The notes below the pieces were generated by a model that did not search any database, was not told where the DNA came from, and saw only the letters and a list, made by a program, of their open reading frames with translations. The translations under genes and the position numbers were made by a program. A stretch of 64,000 nucleotides of DNA from Lama glama (lineage: Eukaryota): assembly GCA_028534125.1 (NCBI GenBank), contig CM052818.1, positions 6,388,001 to 6,452,000 of the forward strand, in the 5' to 3' direction. The number at the start of each line of letters is the position of its first letter. Position 1 is the stretch's first letter. This document shows positions 1-12,495 of this stretch, in pieces.

Positions 1-10
1 CTGGTGGCGT

Positions 11-104
11 GGGGAGAGGAGGGAATGGCAGGGGAGGGGAGTGGAGGGGAGGGGAGAGGAGGGGAGAGGGGAGGGGAGAGGAGGGGAGGTGGGAGGAGAA
101 AGGG
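11..104. repeat. Polypurine (GGGGA/GGAGA)n low-complexity tract
   Basis: Nearly pure G/A with many GGG(G) runs; G4/triplex-prone. Confidence 0.9.
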
Positions 105-983
105 AAATATAAAGGGAACAGCAGCTACGACTATGAATATGCTCTGATGAGAACATAAGCTTCTGGGAGGACTTCAGATTTGAATACCAGCATGATGCAT
201 CTGGAATCTTTTACTTTTCCTACTTTTTTTTCTCACAAAACAGGCCAGGGACCTGATTCTTTATTATATGCCTGTGGCTGCTACCCAGAGTCCTCCTGGA
301 CCCTGAGGAAGGGAGTTGTGCCTCTGCCCCCAGACTTCCAGACCCTCTTCTCTCTGACCCTCCAAACATCAGGTCCTGTCAGGACCATCAATACGTAACC
401 AGTCCTCTTTAAGAGTGATCTGTACTTGTGGACTTTAAGAAAAGAACGTAAAACCCATACCGGGGATTTAAAGGCTGCTTACCACCTCTCTAAAAATCCC
501 TCTTTATTACCTCTATTTGGAAACCAGAATTTAGCTCTGACCCATCATCTTTTTCAGATAATCCCCGGTCCCACGTAAGTTCAAACAAGACGTCCTTTCA
601 GCCTGTAATACAGCATCCAATTCAAGGGGCCCTTATCTGTAGGTGGATCATGAGTTTTGTGCTGGAGGGAGGTGGCAAATGTGGAGCATTTGTGTTTGGA
701 AGCATGTGCATCCTAATTTTTTTCTTCCTTGAAACAACGATCCTGCTTTAGACAGATTAAGGGGGGATAAAAGCAATGTGGCTCCCAGGTGAAGCGCAAG
801 CCCAGCCTTTTTGATAAAGAGAAAGCAGTCAGCAGAGTCTCCACAGAAACAAAGCACCTTGGCCGCCCTGGATATAAGACGGCGCTAGTTCAGTTCAGCC
901 CAGGACTGAACAAATCGCCTAGCCTCCAGGTGGCCAGGCCTTCCACTGGGAGAGGCCACCAGGGGTCTGGGAGACTCACTCAC

Positions 984-1180
984 CTCCCAAAAGGGGAGGA
1001 AATTACTTCTTCCTCATCACGAAGAGGCCTGAGCAGCGGCCTGCTCCCGTGTCTGCGTAGGTTCTCCAGAAACCAGACCCGCAGCAGAGAGGCCCGGCCA
1101 CCAGCCCAGCGGCCCCGCATCCTGCAGCAGCTGCGTGCCCTCCAGCCCCGAGGGTCACCTCCCAAATGACCCCGCCCCGC
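984..1180 (-). other. Candidate alternative first exon of a minus-strand gene (5' end undefined)
   Basis: Strong donor GAG|GTGAGT at 984/983; GC- and CpG-rich body; GC box GGGGCGGGG at about 1170-1178 on -. Confidence 0.35.
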
Positions 1181-1624
1181 AGAAGTTTAAACGAGGCATT
1201 GCTTTCAGCCTGTGCTCACAGTGAGGTTCTGTCCCTGGATTCAAGGGGCCTTCATGTCACCCTCCCCTCCTCCTCTGCCCTTTAACCCCCTCTGGGAGGG
1301 ATTCATTATGCATATTGCATGAAATGAGGACCACAGGCCGGGCCTCGACAAGCAGCTAATTGAAAACCTTGTCAGAAGTGGGAGGAAGAGGCAGAGGGGG
1401 GAAAACAACCACCCCTGACAGGGCCCTCTCTTGTTGTGAACAGTGACACACCCTCCCCGAAGGGTGGGCCTCGCTCCATCTCGGCCATGCAGGAGTCCGT
1501 CCTCCCTGCTGAGAGGACTTGGGGACTAAGTCCTTAGAGGACTCAGAGACAGTGCCTGACAAATCAAAAAACCCTGCCCAGACTCCAGACTCTGGGGCTC
1601 ACTCACTCTATGAGCACAGGGTGC

Positions 1625-1810
1625 CTGCTGCTCTCAGCTGTGAGATGCTATGCAAATGACTCAACTTCTCTGGGCCTCAGTTTCTTCCTCTGTAAAATGG
1701 GGATAAGAACTGCATCTGCTTGACAGGGTCCCTGCAAGGATTAAATGTGACAATGCATGTAAGCATGTCACACAATGCCTGATACAGTAAGTAACAACTA
1801 TTAATATTTT
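1625..1810 (+). mobile_element. MIR SINE
   Basis: Core ctctgggcctcagtttcttcctctgtaaaatggggataa...aggattaaatg...tgcctgatacagtaag. Confidence 0.9.
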
Positions 1811-2094
1811 GTTCTCGTTTATAACAATGAGTAAGTATTCTCCCCTTACCAGACTGGAGAGAACAGAGGAGGGAAAAATAGAGTAGAAAGAGCTGAGACC
1901 GCTGTTCTTCCTGCATTTCGTAACTAAATCCAGTATCAGTTCCACGGACGTCTTTAAATGGTAAAGGGAGCACAGATGTATGTCTGTGTCACGGTAGGAA
2001 CAGGAAGGTGGGAAGACTTCAGTGCAGGGTAACAGGGAAGGAAGACCAAGAAGATATCATCTTTCAATCACCTATTAAATAGCAGGCACATTCA

Positions 2095-2240
2095 AGGTAC
2101 TTTCACGTGATGCTTGAACAAAGCTGCAAGGTAGTTATGATCATCCCCTATTTCCCACTGAGTCTGAGGCTCAGAACAGTTGATAAGCTCCCCAAAGTCA
2201 TAAGGCTCCTACATGTGGCATCAAGAGTTCAAAATCCCCA
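2095..2240 (-). mobile_element. MIR SINE (diverged)
   Basis: atcccctatttc...ctgaggctcaga...cccaaagtcata = reverse MIR core. Confidence 0.7.
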
Positions 2241-4549
2241 CTCCTGCCACCATCTCCCACATGCTCTGCACTGGGGATTCCTTCCTGCTGAGGATCACGA
2301 AACCCCTGGATGATGGGACAGATCCAATCCTCAGGAGTTAGACACGTTTTTCTAATGCATTTAGAGAAGGTTCAGATTCAGATATTGGCAACTTTAGTGG
2401 GAAAGGTCTTGGATCCCCTCCTCTGTTCAGAACAGAAGTTTCCAGCCCATGTTTCGTTGACAAAGATTAGCGGGAATGTGTCTGAAGCAATAAATAGGAG
2501 CCTTTTAATGCTTCCCTGTGAAGCACTCTGGCTGAGATGTTAGCATCCAGGTTAAGAATATAAAAAGTGTGTAAATGAAAACACAGTGATTACAATGGTG
2601 GTGACTTTATCAGAGGACCTCCAAAATCACTAGCAATTATGTGGTATGAAACGCCTCCAACATGAAAACTGCGATGATTTTGTGTCTACTGATGAGGATA
2701 ATGACTAATATATTCTGTCAGCAGACATGACAGCTGTCTGTACATATTTGGAGGCATATATTTTTAGATGCCGTTACTGTACCTCCAGCTATTTTAACTA
2801 CTAAATTTTGTTGACACGATGCAATCCAGTAACAAGGAGGCTTACGGGAAAAGGTTAAAATTCCTATTTCCAGCTGTTTCTCTTCCTTACATCATTTTTG
2901 TCTCATTATTCACCAGGATCCATAAATCTGCCACTCAGCTCCCAGGCTAAGTGATGTGCTACAGGGAAATTGCTAATGTCACTAGGAAATAAAATAAAAT
3001 TGAACACCGGGTTCAGAGCATTCAGCATTCAGAAGTATCATGCCCTGCCCGATCGTCATTCTGGCACATTCTCTGCACGCTGGCCAGAGAGTTTCTGTCT
3101 GCAAAGGGATGTGGGCTTCACTTCCTCTGTCCCAGCTCCCCATTTTCCAAATTGGGGGTGGGAAAGCAAAGAAGGTAGAAAGATTTGCAAGATAGGCTCT
3201 AATTTTAAGACAAAAGCCATCCCATTAAATCTTAACAGATGTTTCTCAAGTTTAGAAGATTAAGAAAGATTTCAGCATCAAGAATCAAAGAAAATACTCC
3301 GTGACCTTAAAAAAAGGATAAAACACAAAGCTCTAACAAGCCCAAAGTCCACTTTGACAGCTGTCTCCAACAGACTTGACGAGGTGCTATTGATGTTTGG
3401 ATTAAACCATGCCTCTGTGATCAAGTACTCAAACATGGGATAAAAGACGAATATATTCTTTAATCCTACCCACTAATTTTGTCTGGGCCCTGAAAAGCAA
3501 TGGGTACCGAACAAATGTGGAAAGTGGCTTCTCTTCTGTTTATTGACAAAGCTATTTTTATTTCACTAATTTGTCACGTATCTTATCAGCATTTAAACTA
3601 ACACAAGGAAATCCATATAAGGTACTGAACTCTCCAGAAACAGATCGCTGCCACTTCCAAGGCCACGACAGGTAAAAATCAATAGACGATGATTCTAGAA
3701 AGTGAGGAAGACGTTACAGGAAAACATAAGAGAAAAATTAGGTTCCGGTTTCTTTTTCTTTTTCTTTTTTTTTTTTTTTTTTCGCTAAGCTGTAAAACAG
3801 CATTGGGAATGCCAATTTTCAGCCTGGTGAGTTTTGAAAGAAAAGAAGAAAAAACTTTCTTTTCTTAAAAAGGAAAAGGGTGAAGAGGCAATTAAGTCAT
3901 TAATTACTCTCTTTGTCTAATGCTGTCCAACCCATCAAACTTGGCCTCTTCTGTCTTCATCAAAGGTGGAGCTCACTCTACTTTACAATAAGTAGCTCTT
4001 AATAAGACAGTCTCATGTTTCAAAAGCTGCTATATGAGGAATTTAGATGAAGAGAAATTAAAATAACACTTAGCAGCAGACGCCAGAGTTTGACAGCGGC
4101 ACAGTGCCCACTATCACCAAGGCCTTCAAATGAGCAGGGAGAGGTTCCAGGGACAGGCACACTGTTGAGAAACAGTAGGCTGTGTGCCAAGTGCAAGGAG
4201 TCTTGGGATTTAGTAGAGAAGGAAAGACGACATTATTACTAAAAACTGGGGACTGATCCACACTTCCTTTAAAGGAGTCCACAAAGGAAATGGGTTCTTC
4301 TCAGGACTCATCACAAACATGAGAACGTCCTGAATTAATAACTGGGGAGACGGGTCTGCAGAGAACAGATCACTCCAGGACCTCTCTAGTGGGTGGGAAC
4401 AACTTCAGGGAGATTTGCTGGGCAGGGGTCTCCATCTCCAGCCCTCCAGCAAGCCTTCAGCCCCTTGCAGACCCCTTCTCCTAAATATACCTTCCAGGGA
4501 GTCCACTGCACCCCATGGAAAGACCCCTCGGGGGATATGTGATTAAGGA

Positions 4550-4769
4550 CAGTTGATCCATGAACAACACGGTCTGAACTGCATTGGGTCCACTTACACT
4601 GAATTTTTTTTCAATACTTGTACTACTACGTTTACGATCCATGGTTGGCTGAACCCCAGAGGCAGAATCCATGGATACACAGAGCTGATTATAGGGCCTG
4701 AGCATAGGCAGATGTTGGTATCTGGATGGATCGTAGAACCAATAACCAGTGGATACCAAGGGCCAACTG
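4550..4769. mobile_element. Non-autonomous TcMar-Tigger DNA transposon (Tigger2/MER2-like)
   Basis: Terminal inverted repeats cagttgatccatg / caagggccaactg, TA at the right flank; Tigger2-like left end gaacaacacggtctgaactgc..gggtccactta. Confidence 0.85.
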
Positions 4770-5100
4770 TATACTCCTTTAGGGAACCTAAAGAGCTTCT
4801 CTGGGGAAAAAAAAAAAACTTAAAAAAAAGTGTCCATTTGCTGCCTCATGTCAAGTTTCCTTGCTGATCTGCATGGAAGTCTTCATTTCACAAGATCTTG
4901 AAACAATTCTCCCCAGTGGCAAGGAGAGAAAGCCACAATACCCAAGACAGTTGCACGTGCAAGCAAGGACAGAGCCAAAATGCTGAAATTGCTTTAAAAT
5001 GAGCAATTTTGGAAGATTGGACCATGCTTATAAAGGATTCTGTCTCTTCCTGCCAATTTCTGAAGATCCAACCAGGTTCCATTCTGTAAACTAAGAGGAG

Positions 5101-5645
5101 AAGACTCAGCTAAGAGTTCGTTGACTTCATCCTCGGGTGCTCTGCCGACAAGATGCTGGAATTACGTAAGTACTAGTGTAATAGCAACCGCTTTATTTTT
5201 GTGTGTTGCTATGGGATTTCGAAAACAAAACAAAGAAAACCACTGATCAGGAGTTGTGACAAAACTTCTTAGCCACAGCACTGAGAATAGGGCTTAATTA
5301 TTCCATAAACACACTTTGATTTGTTTACTTCAACGTCAAATTAACTTCAAATATGGAACAGCCGATGCTGATTTGAGGCGGCACACGACGCTGCTGCAGT
5401 GTGTGCTCGGTGTACCTTGCGTAAATCTATCTCTGTGTTAAACGACTCATTTGTAAAAATCTCTCCATGGTACGCCCCTCCTACAAAAGGAGGAATGACA
5501 CATGTATTTTATTGAAACGGAAATTGTTTCCAAAATGGAGTGTGTGTGTTTGCCATCCCACGTTTTGGCTCAGTCCCATTCGTCCTTTTACACAAATAGA
5601 AACAGGAACATTTTTAAGGAAAATTAGCAGCTTATGACTACGGAG
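5101..5645. promoter_or_regulatory. Candidate enhancer/promoter (CpG-retaining, repeat-free)
   Basis: About 19 CpGs in about 545 bp of AT-rich sequence; X-box-like GTTGCTAT half sites, GC-box-like cgcccctcc, GGAATG. Confidence 0.45.
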
Positions 5646-5859
5646 ACACTTATTATTATAGTGTGAGCCTAGAAAAATTAAGAACTACAAAGAAAAGAAA
5701 CTTTTCAGATTGCTGGGGGAAATGACTGTGTGCCGAATGAAACAGGAGAAAGACAAGAGAAGGAGAAAGGACCAAATCCATAGTGAGGCTTGCCCTGGTC
5801 TTTTAGTCAACAAGTATTTCATTCCTGTTCCTTTATTTAACTCTTATATAGAGCTTCCT

Positions 5860-6030
5860 TCTCTAAGCAATCTACTATTAACCCATGTATTCTTCCTAAT
5901 AACTCTATGTGGTAGGTACATTCATATCCTCATTTTATAGAAGAGGAAATTGAGGCACAGAGAGGTTAGTAATTTGCCCAAGAGCACACAGCAATAAGTA
6001 GTAGTTTGGGATTCAGATCCAAGCACTTTG
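5860..6030 (-). mobile_element. MIR SINE
   Basis: cattttatagaagaggaaattgaggcacagagaggttagtaatttgcccaag. Confidence 0.9.
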
Positions 6031-6089
6031 TCTCTCTAGTACACACTGTACTAAGCTGCTTCTGCCAACCATACTCCCAACCCTGGCCC

Positions 6090-6880
6090 TAGAGTAACAA
6101 AACATGCTCCTTGCCCTCAAGAAGCTTCTAGCTTAGAGGTCAATACAATACGGTGTAGTAAGTCTGTGGACATGGTAAGCACAGGGTGGTGTCCTGGGAG
6201 ACCTCAAGAGGGATACCAAGCCAGTCTTAGAGTGGGAAGGGCGTGGGTGGGAAGATTGGTAAAGACTTTTTAGGTCTCAAACAGGGTTTCTCAACCTCAG
6301 AAGTACTAACATTTCAGGCCAGATAACTCCTTGTTGTGGGGAGCTGTCCTGTGCATTGCAGAAAGTTTAGCGGCTTCCCTGGCCTCCACCCACTGGATGT
6401 CATTAACATACCTCTCCCCCAGTATAATGACCTAAAACATCTCCAGACATTGCCAAATGTCTCCTGAGGACAGAATCACCCCTGGTTGAGAATCACTGAT
6501 CTAAAGGAAGTGGTGTGGAAGGCAGACCTGAACGATGAGTTCGTGGTTATCAAAAAAAGACCTGGAAGAGAGGACCAGGCAGAGGCTACAGCACAAAGGC
6601 CCCAGAAGAGTGAGAGAGGCTGGCATTTCCTGGGGGCTGAAGGTAATTCGGTATGGATGGCTCTAGAACTGGAGATAGGGGATTAGGAAAGGTGAACCTG
6701 GAGGGGCAAGCAAGATCACCATAAAAGCCCTCCCACTCTACATCTGAGAGCCGGGCTGTATCCTAACACAGTCAGCAGCTATTAAAGGGGGAATGACAGG
6801 GTCCGACCTGCACTCTAGAGCCCTCACTGTGATCACCACAGAGACAACGAATTAGAGAGGAACAAGCCTGGGGACTAGCT
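6090..6880 (-). mobile_element. L2 LINE fragment interrupted by MER20
   Basis: ccttgccctcaagaagcttcta; purine-rich L2-like sequence resumes after 6500. Confidence 0.6.
6282..6498 (-). mobile_element. MER20 (hAT-Charlie), full length
   Basis: Ends cagggtttctcaacc / ggttgagaatcactg; internal ccagacattgccaaatgtc. Confidence 0.95.
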
Positions 6881-6969
6881 AGGACAGTGTTACGTTTGTG
6901 CTTTCTCTATGTATTAATCACTCTTCCTTTTAACTAGAATCTTAACACTGAAATTTAAGTGTGTGTTCT

Positions 6970-7470
6970 TCATAAGTAAAAAGCTCTTCTGTACCAATAT
7001 GAAAAAGATGATCGAACCAATAGCAGAAAGAGTGAACAAGCAATTCACAAGGACGTTCGAATGATCAATAAATGTGAAAAATGTTCTACTTTCCCCAGTG
7101 ATCAAAGAAATGCAAATTAAATCATGAAATGCGTATTTTCCATCTATCATACTGGCAGACAATTTTTAAAATTCTTATTGCATCTCTTATTGACGTGCAG
7201 AGAAACTGCATTGCCCTACACTGCAGTGGGAGTTCTTGGTGCTGCTTCACTAGAAAGCAATTGAGAAAGAAATAATAATAAAACTGAGTTTTGTGAAGAA
7301 TTAAATAACAAACTATTGAAATGATCTAAACAGCCAATAAGAAGAAGGTTGACCAAACTGTAGTGATTCTGGGTGATAGAATACCATGGTTCCATTAAGA
7401 TGACTTTATGGATGTCTGTTTGTTGAGATGGAAAAATATTTGACACAAGGCAAAAATCAAGAACACTCAT
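6970..7470 (+). mobile_element. Ancient L1 (L1ME-like) fragment
   Basis: gtgatcaaagaaatgcaaattaaa and later 3'UTR-like motifs. Confidence 0.75.
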
Positions 7471-8499
7471 AACACTCAGTGTTAGTGAAAGATGTGGACA
7501 TGGGGTGCCAGCTCCAGTGTCAGAAGGCAGGCTACAGCCCTGGGCTCACACTGTAGCTGGACCCAGGTCTTGAAGCTGAGTGGGCTTTTCCAAAATTTGG
7601 GGGTGGAGAGAAGTGCCCAAGTTTAGTCATCAATCCCTGGAGTACTAATCACTAGTACCCCAGTACTGGGCTGGCAGCACTCACCTCGGGGGTAGACCTC
7701 ACTAGCGGCTCTCAGAGCGACACTGCAGGAGGAGACCCCAAGCACGACCCCCTAAAGGCCAGGCCATGAAGGAGCTTCCTGTGGGCACCGTGTGCTGCCC
7801 AGTGACATTTCCACTGGGAGTTTGCAAGTAATCAGACTGTGCACATCGTTCATCTTTTTTTAAAAATTGTTTGGAATATAGGCAGGCCCTCAATTGTTTG
7901 ACGAGAAAATCATTTCATCCGGGACTTGGCGTAATTTCTGATAAGGCTGATACACGTTAAAAATGACAGAAAAAGTTCCAATATCCCTAGTCCCTGACAC
8001 GTGGTTAAGCGCCAGTAAACTCCAGCTGCAGGAAGGAGTGAGGTGAAGTAACTGGACAGACTGTGCCACGTTCTAAACTTGACTTCCACGGAATTCAGGG
8101 AGGGTGTAAACTTAACACTTGGTACGATTTAGGGACTCTAAAATGGCCCAATAAAATATTATCTTCCCCTAAAATTCACAGCTACCTAAAAGTGTCTCAC
8201 ATTCTGGCACACATTTACTGAATTTAAATCTAAAACGAGACATCTCTTTTCCCAAAAAAAAAAAAACTATCTTTCAGAAAAGAGGGTCAGAAGTTAAGTA
8301 ACTTATCCAAAAATCACACAGCAAGTAACTGTCAGTACCTGTATTTGAACTCAGCTCTATCTCAAACCAGAGACCAGGTGAGTTTAGTAGACTTCTATGA
8401 GTAATACTTGGATTTCTACTTCACCAAAATTTATGGCATTAATTGTACAACTTATCTGTCACCCATTATTATAGAGTTTCATCCTGTGTCACTATATTA

Positions 8500-8690
8500 T
8501 TTCACTCGTGTCCCTGATCCTACTTGCCAACTAGATTAGAAGTTCTTGAAGGGTGAGTAGGCTTTCCCTGCCTTTCTCCCATCCCTGCAGACACACACAC
8601 TCTGGTACTCCAGTACCTAACACAGTGCTTAACACAAAGTGGGCATTACATTGGTGCTTAGAGAATAAACAGAATAGATAGATGCTAATA
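8500..8690 (+). mobile_element. L2 3' end
   Basis: actagattagaagttcttgaaggg...cagtacctaacacagtgctt. Confidence 0.7.
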
Positions 8691-8829
8691 AAGATTTCTG
8701 TGATGAGCTTAAGAATCAGATCAAGTCCTAGTTATCACTCAATAAATAAATTTATCCTTGGACAATAGTCAGATGGGGGAAATCATTTCAGATCTTTAAA
8801 AATTCTACAGAAATCAGAAGACATAACAA

Positions 8830-9710
8830 CAGAAAAAAAACTGCTGCAGTGTAACAAAGGGTTAAAATCTTTACTATGTAAACAGCTTGTACAAATGAAT
8901 AAGAAACACACCAAGATCCCAATAGGTAAATAAACCAAAGGGCATAGCATAAAATTCAGAGAAGAGGAATTACAGCTAATTTGTAAATGTGAGGAATTGT
9001 ATACCTTTTCCAGTAACCAAATAAATGCAAATGAAAGTTAAAAGATGCTATTTCTGCATGTCGAATTTGCCCAATTTTAATTATTATTTTAATAAAAACA
9101 CCCAATGTTCATGAGGATGAGCTAAAACATGCTGATAGGTGTTAAGAGCTTTATAAATTAACATGCGACATTTGGCTTAGTAATTCTGCTCCTATAAACC
9201 AATGCTAAGGAAATAACCTCAAACACAGAGAAGAAAGCATAGCTAGTTACCAGGAGCATAAACTCAGCAGGTCATGTGCACCTGGATTCAAATCCTGGGT
9301 AGCATTTCTTAGTTGGGTGACTTGAGATAATACATAAGCTCCGTGAGTCTTAATTTTCTCATCTGTAAAATGGGTATAATGGCAGCATCTAATCATAGCG
9401 TGTTTGTAAGGTGCTTAGCACAAAGTCAAGCACATAGAAAAGGCTCCATTAATACTAATTAGTTTTATTATTATCAGAAACAAACCAATAAAAAGCTTTA
9501 TGCACAATCATATTCATCATAATATATGATGAAAAATAAAAGGATCTAAATTTCCAAGCGTAGAGTTATTGTTAATTGAACAATAATCTAGCCATTCAAG
9601 GACACAGCACGTTAAGCTTTAATTTAGTGAGTATGCTTGGATGGCGAGACTCTAAAATATATAAATTTATATAAAGTACGTAGTAACATGGAAAAATACT
9701 TCTATAACCA
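8830..9710 (+). mobile_element. Ancient L1 (L1ME-like) fragment interrupted by MIR
   Basis: acaaagggttaaaatc...agtaaccaaataaatgcaaatgaaa. Confidence 0.7.
9250..9470 (+). mobile_element. MIR SINE
   Basis: cctggattcaaatcc...ttttctcatctgtaaaatggg...gtgcttagcaca. Confidence 0.9.
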
Positions 9711-12495
9711 ACATGACCGTTTTAGAGACTTGGGATATAAAATAAGGTCACATCTCTTCCAATATTGAAAATAAGATGAGCCAAGCCTCCATCTCTCCAC
9801 TGAGAGAATCTCTTTCTTCCCTCTCTGAGTTCTCTCCTCCTATAATAAGCCTGGCAATCCCCAAGGGGTCAGCCTGGGTGGCTCTCACCCTGTGGCCAGG
9901 TCAGAGCTTGGGCACTGCATCCTCAGTTCACTCAAAGCTTGAGGACTCCATCCTGGGTGCCTCAAAACCGTATCACCAAAATGTTTTTGGGGAAAAAAAA
10001 AATTGAACGAAAAGTACTATGAGTGTTTCCACCATCCAAAGGCAACCACAATTAACAGTGTGTTTCACTCCAGGATTCTCTTCTACATACAGACTCTTTT
10101 TTGCCGAGCTACCATTGTAGTGTATTTTTTAAAAACCAGTAGAGCCTTCAGTCCTAGAAATGAGAGACGACTCAATCCTGGCCAGGCAGTATGTGCCTGA
10201 CCATCTGTACCATGCTGAGCTTCCAAAGGGCCCCAAAGAATCTGCAGCCATTTTCTCCTCTCCATCCTAACAGGCCCCACGTTGCAAACGTGCCAGAGAA
10301 ACTGAAGAGTCTCCCCGGCAGCCCTGGGCTAACAGCAGTGCCGCCAACGCTTCCGCCCTTATGCACACTGTCAAGCAATCCTGCCTCTCAGGACAGGATG
10401 ATAGCTGTCACGCAGGCATCCATTCATCCTTGGTCCAAGCGTATTTTTAAAACTAAATTTCGGAGATATGATGAGATGAACTTAAAGACATCATTGACAG
10501 TGTCGTGTTCCTGTTGTTTGTCTGAGGGATACTTTATTAGCCTTCCTTGCAAAATTGAGAAGGTAGATGACTGAATATACTAAGAATGGAAATAAAGTAA
10601 TTCAACGGGGCAAAGACCACTCTAAGAGATGAACTCAGTTTCTCCATCATCTACTGGTGTGATTTCACCTAAGCCACCTTGCTCATTCACAATTATTAGG
10701 TTCTTCCTAGTAAACACGGGCAGCACCCAAGACAGACGTGGGTGGAGTCTATGGATCTATCCCCTCGTCATTTGATTACAATAAAATTAAGTCTCAGACC
10801 AAATTCTGCCACATATACAGTCATTCAGTTAGCAAGCAGACCCTCAAAACACTCGTACAACCAACTCTGTAAGCCTAAAGAAGTGCCAGCTCTCTGTCCC
10901 TGTAGAAAGTTTGAGGTTCACCAAAGGCAAACATGGAAAAATCAGCAGGTTTCAGCTGATTATATAATTAAGTTCGAGAAACTAGAATTCTCTGATCAGT
11001 GGCTGGTACAGGACAATTTCTGAGTGAAACGTCTGGCACCATCTGGAAAGGTGCAGACCACTGGACTCAGCTCCTGTGCCCCGTTATGCACAGGGAGAGG
11101 GCCGCCGCGATATTTCTAACCAATCCAGAGACCTCGAGCTCCATTTTTCTCACCTGCAAAGAAGAACAAAGCTTCCAGTGCTCGTTAGATATGAAGAGAG
11201 TGGAAGTCCAACTCTGCAGTATAGGCTTCTGATTAGAAGCTTTCAAAACACTACCTACCTACCCAGAAGTGCTCCCTTTTAGGGTAACAGACAGTCCCTA
11301 GGATATAGATCAAAATAAATTTACACACAAATACACACATATCACATATACATTAACGTGAGGGTGTATCTGTGCACGTGCACACACAGAAGTAGACAGA
11401 TAAATAGGTAGAGAGCTACATGCATGTGTGTGAAGTGTGTATGTATGTACACATATATATGTATGAATATGTATATATATTTATTTATACATATATAAAA
11501 TCAAGCTGTCTGCATCAAAGCATTTTAAAGTAAATTACAGGCAATGCAATATCACCCTCATATCAAAAACAAAAAGGCTTTAAAAATCCATATTAAAAAA
11601 GAAAGTAGGTAGAAAAAACTTAAAGACTTCATTTCATTTTTAAGGATGAGTTTTCAACTCATTTCATTTGAAAGAAGCCTGAATACATTAGACACACAGG
11701 GAAATAATCCCACTATTAGGATAATCACTTGCATCTGTCAAATGTGCCCTGATGTAGAAGACGCTTTCTTTTACTCCAGGGGACCCCAAAGAAACAAAAC
11801 TTTAGGTGAAATTGCAAAGGAAGGAGGAAGGATATTACTTCCCAGGGTTGAATCCTATCAAAAAAACAATGATACCCACAAACAAATCATAGGCCACATG
11901 ATTACTATCCCACAGAGAGACCAACAAGCTCAAGAGAAGAGTGAAGGAGGAGAACCCACGGCTGGTGGAGCATCAGGGAAGAATTCTAGGCATCACATTG
12001 CAGCTGGGTCTTGCAGGAGACGTTTGCCTACAAAGACAGATGTCCACCGGGACTCCCTAGTCTGTCAGAAGAGGAAGATAGAGTTCCTATTAACCAGAGG
12101 AGTGAGAATTAAAAGAGATTGTGTATTTAAATCCTGGCACGTGGTATCCATATGCAGGGATCCACCTTATAAAATCAGGAAGCAGACTGCAAGGATCTCT
12201 GCACTGAGAGTCAGGGGGCCTAGATCCCAACCTCGGCTTGGCGCAGCTGGCCACATCACCTGGGGCTGGTCTCTTCCTCTCTCTGCACCTGAGTCCCACA
12301 GGTCCGTGAAACTGTTCTGCTGCCACCCATGAGGACCAATGAGATCCAAGATTGGAAAGGGCATTGAAGAGTTTAGTACTTTGTAAACACAAGGTATTCT
12401 TTTCATCACAAATAGAAGACACATTCTTGAGTCCAACTATGTTAGAAGGGGAAATTCAGGGTGGGAAGGAGAGGAATCAAAACTCTGTTTTGTGG

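Noticed and set aside
620..1252. Direct repeat attcaaggggcc at about 620 and about 1239
   Set aside because: A single short match with no element structure between; compatible with chance.
11646..12332. Longest ORF (228 aa)
   Set aside because: Runs across L2/MIR-like relics; no recognisable domain or exon structure.
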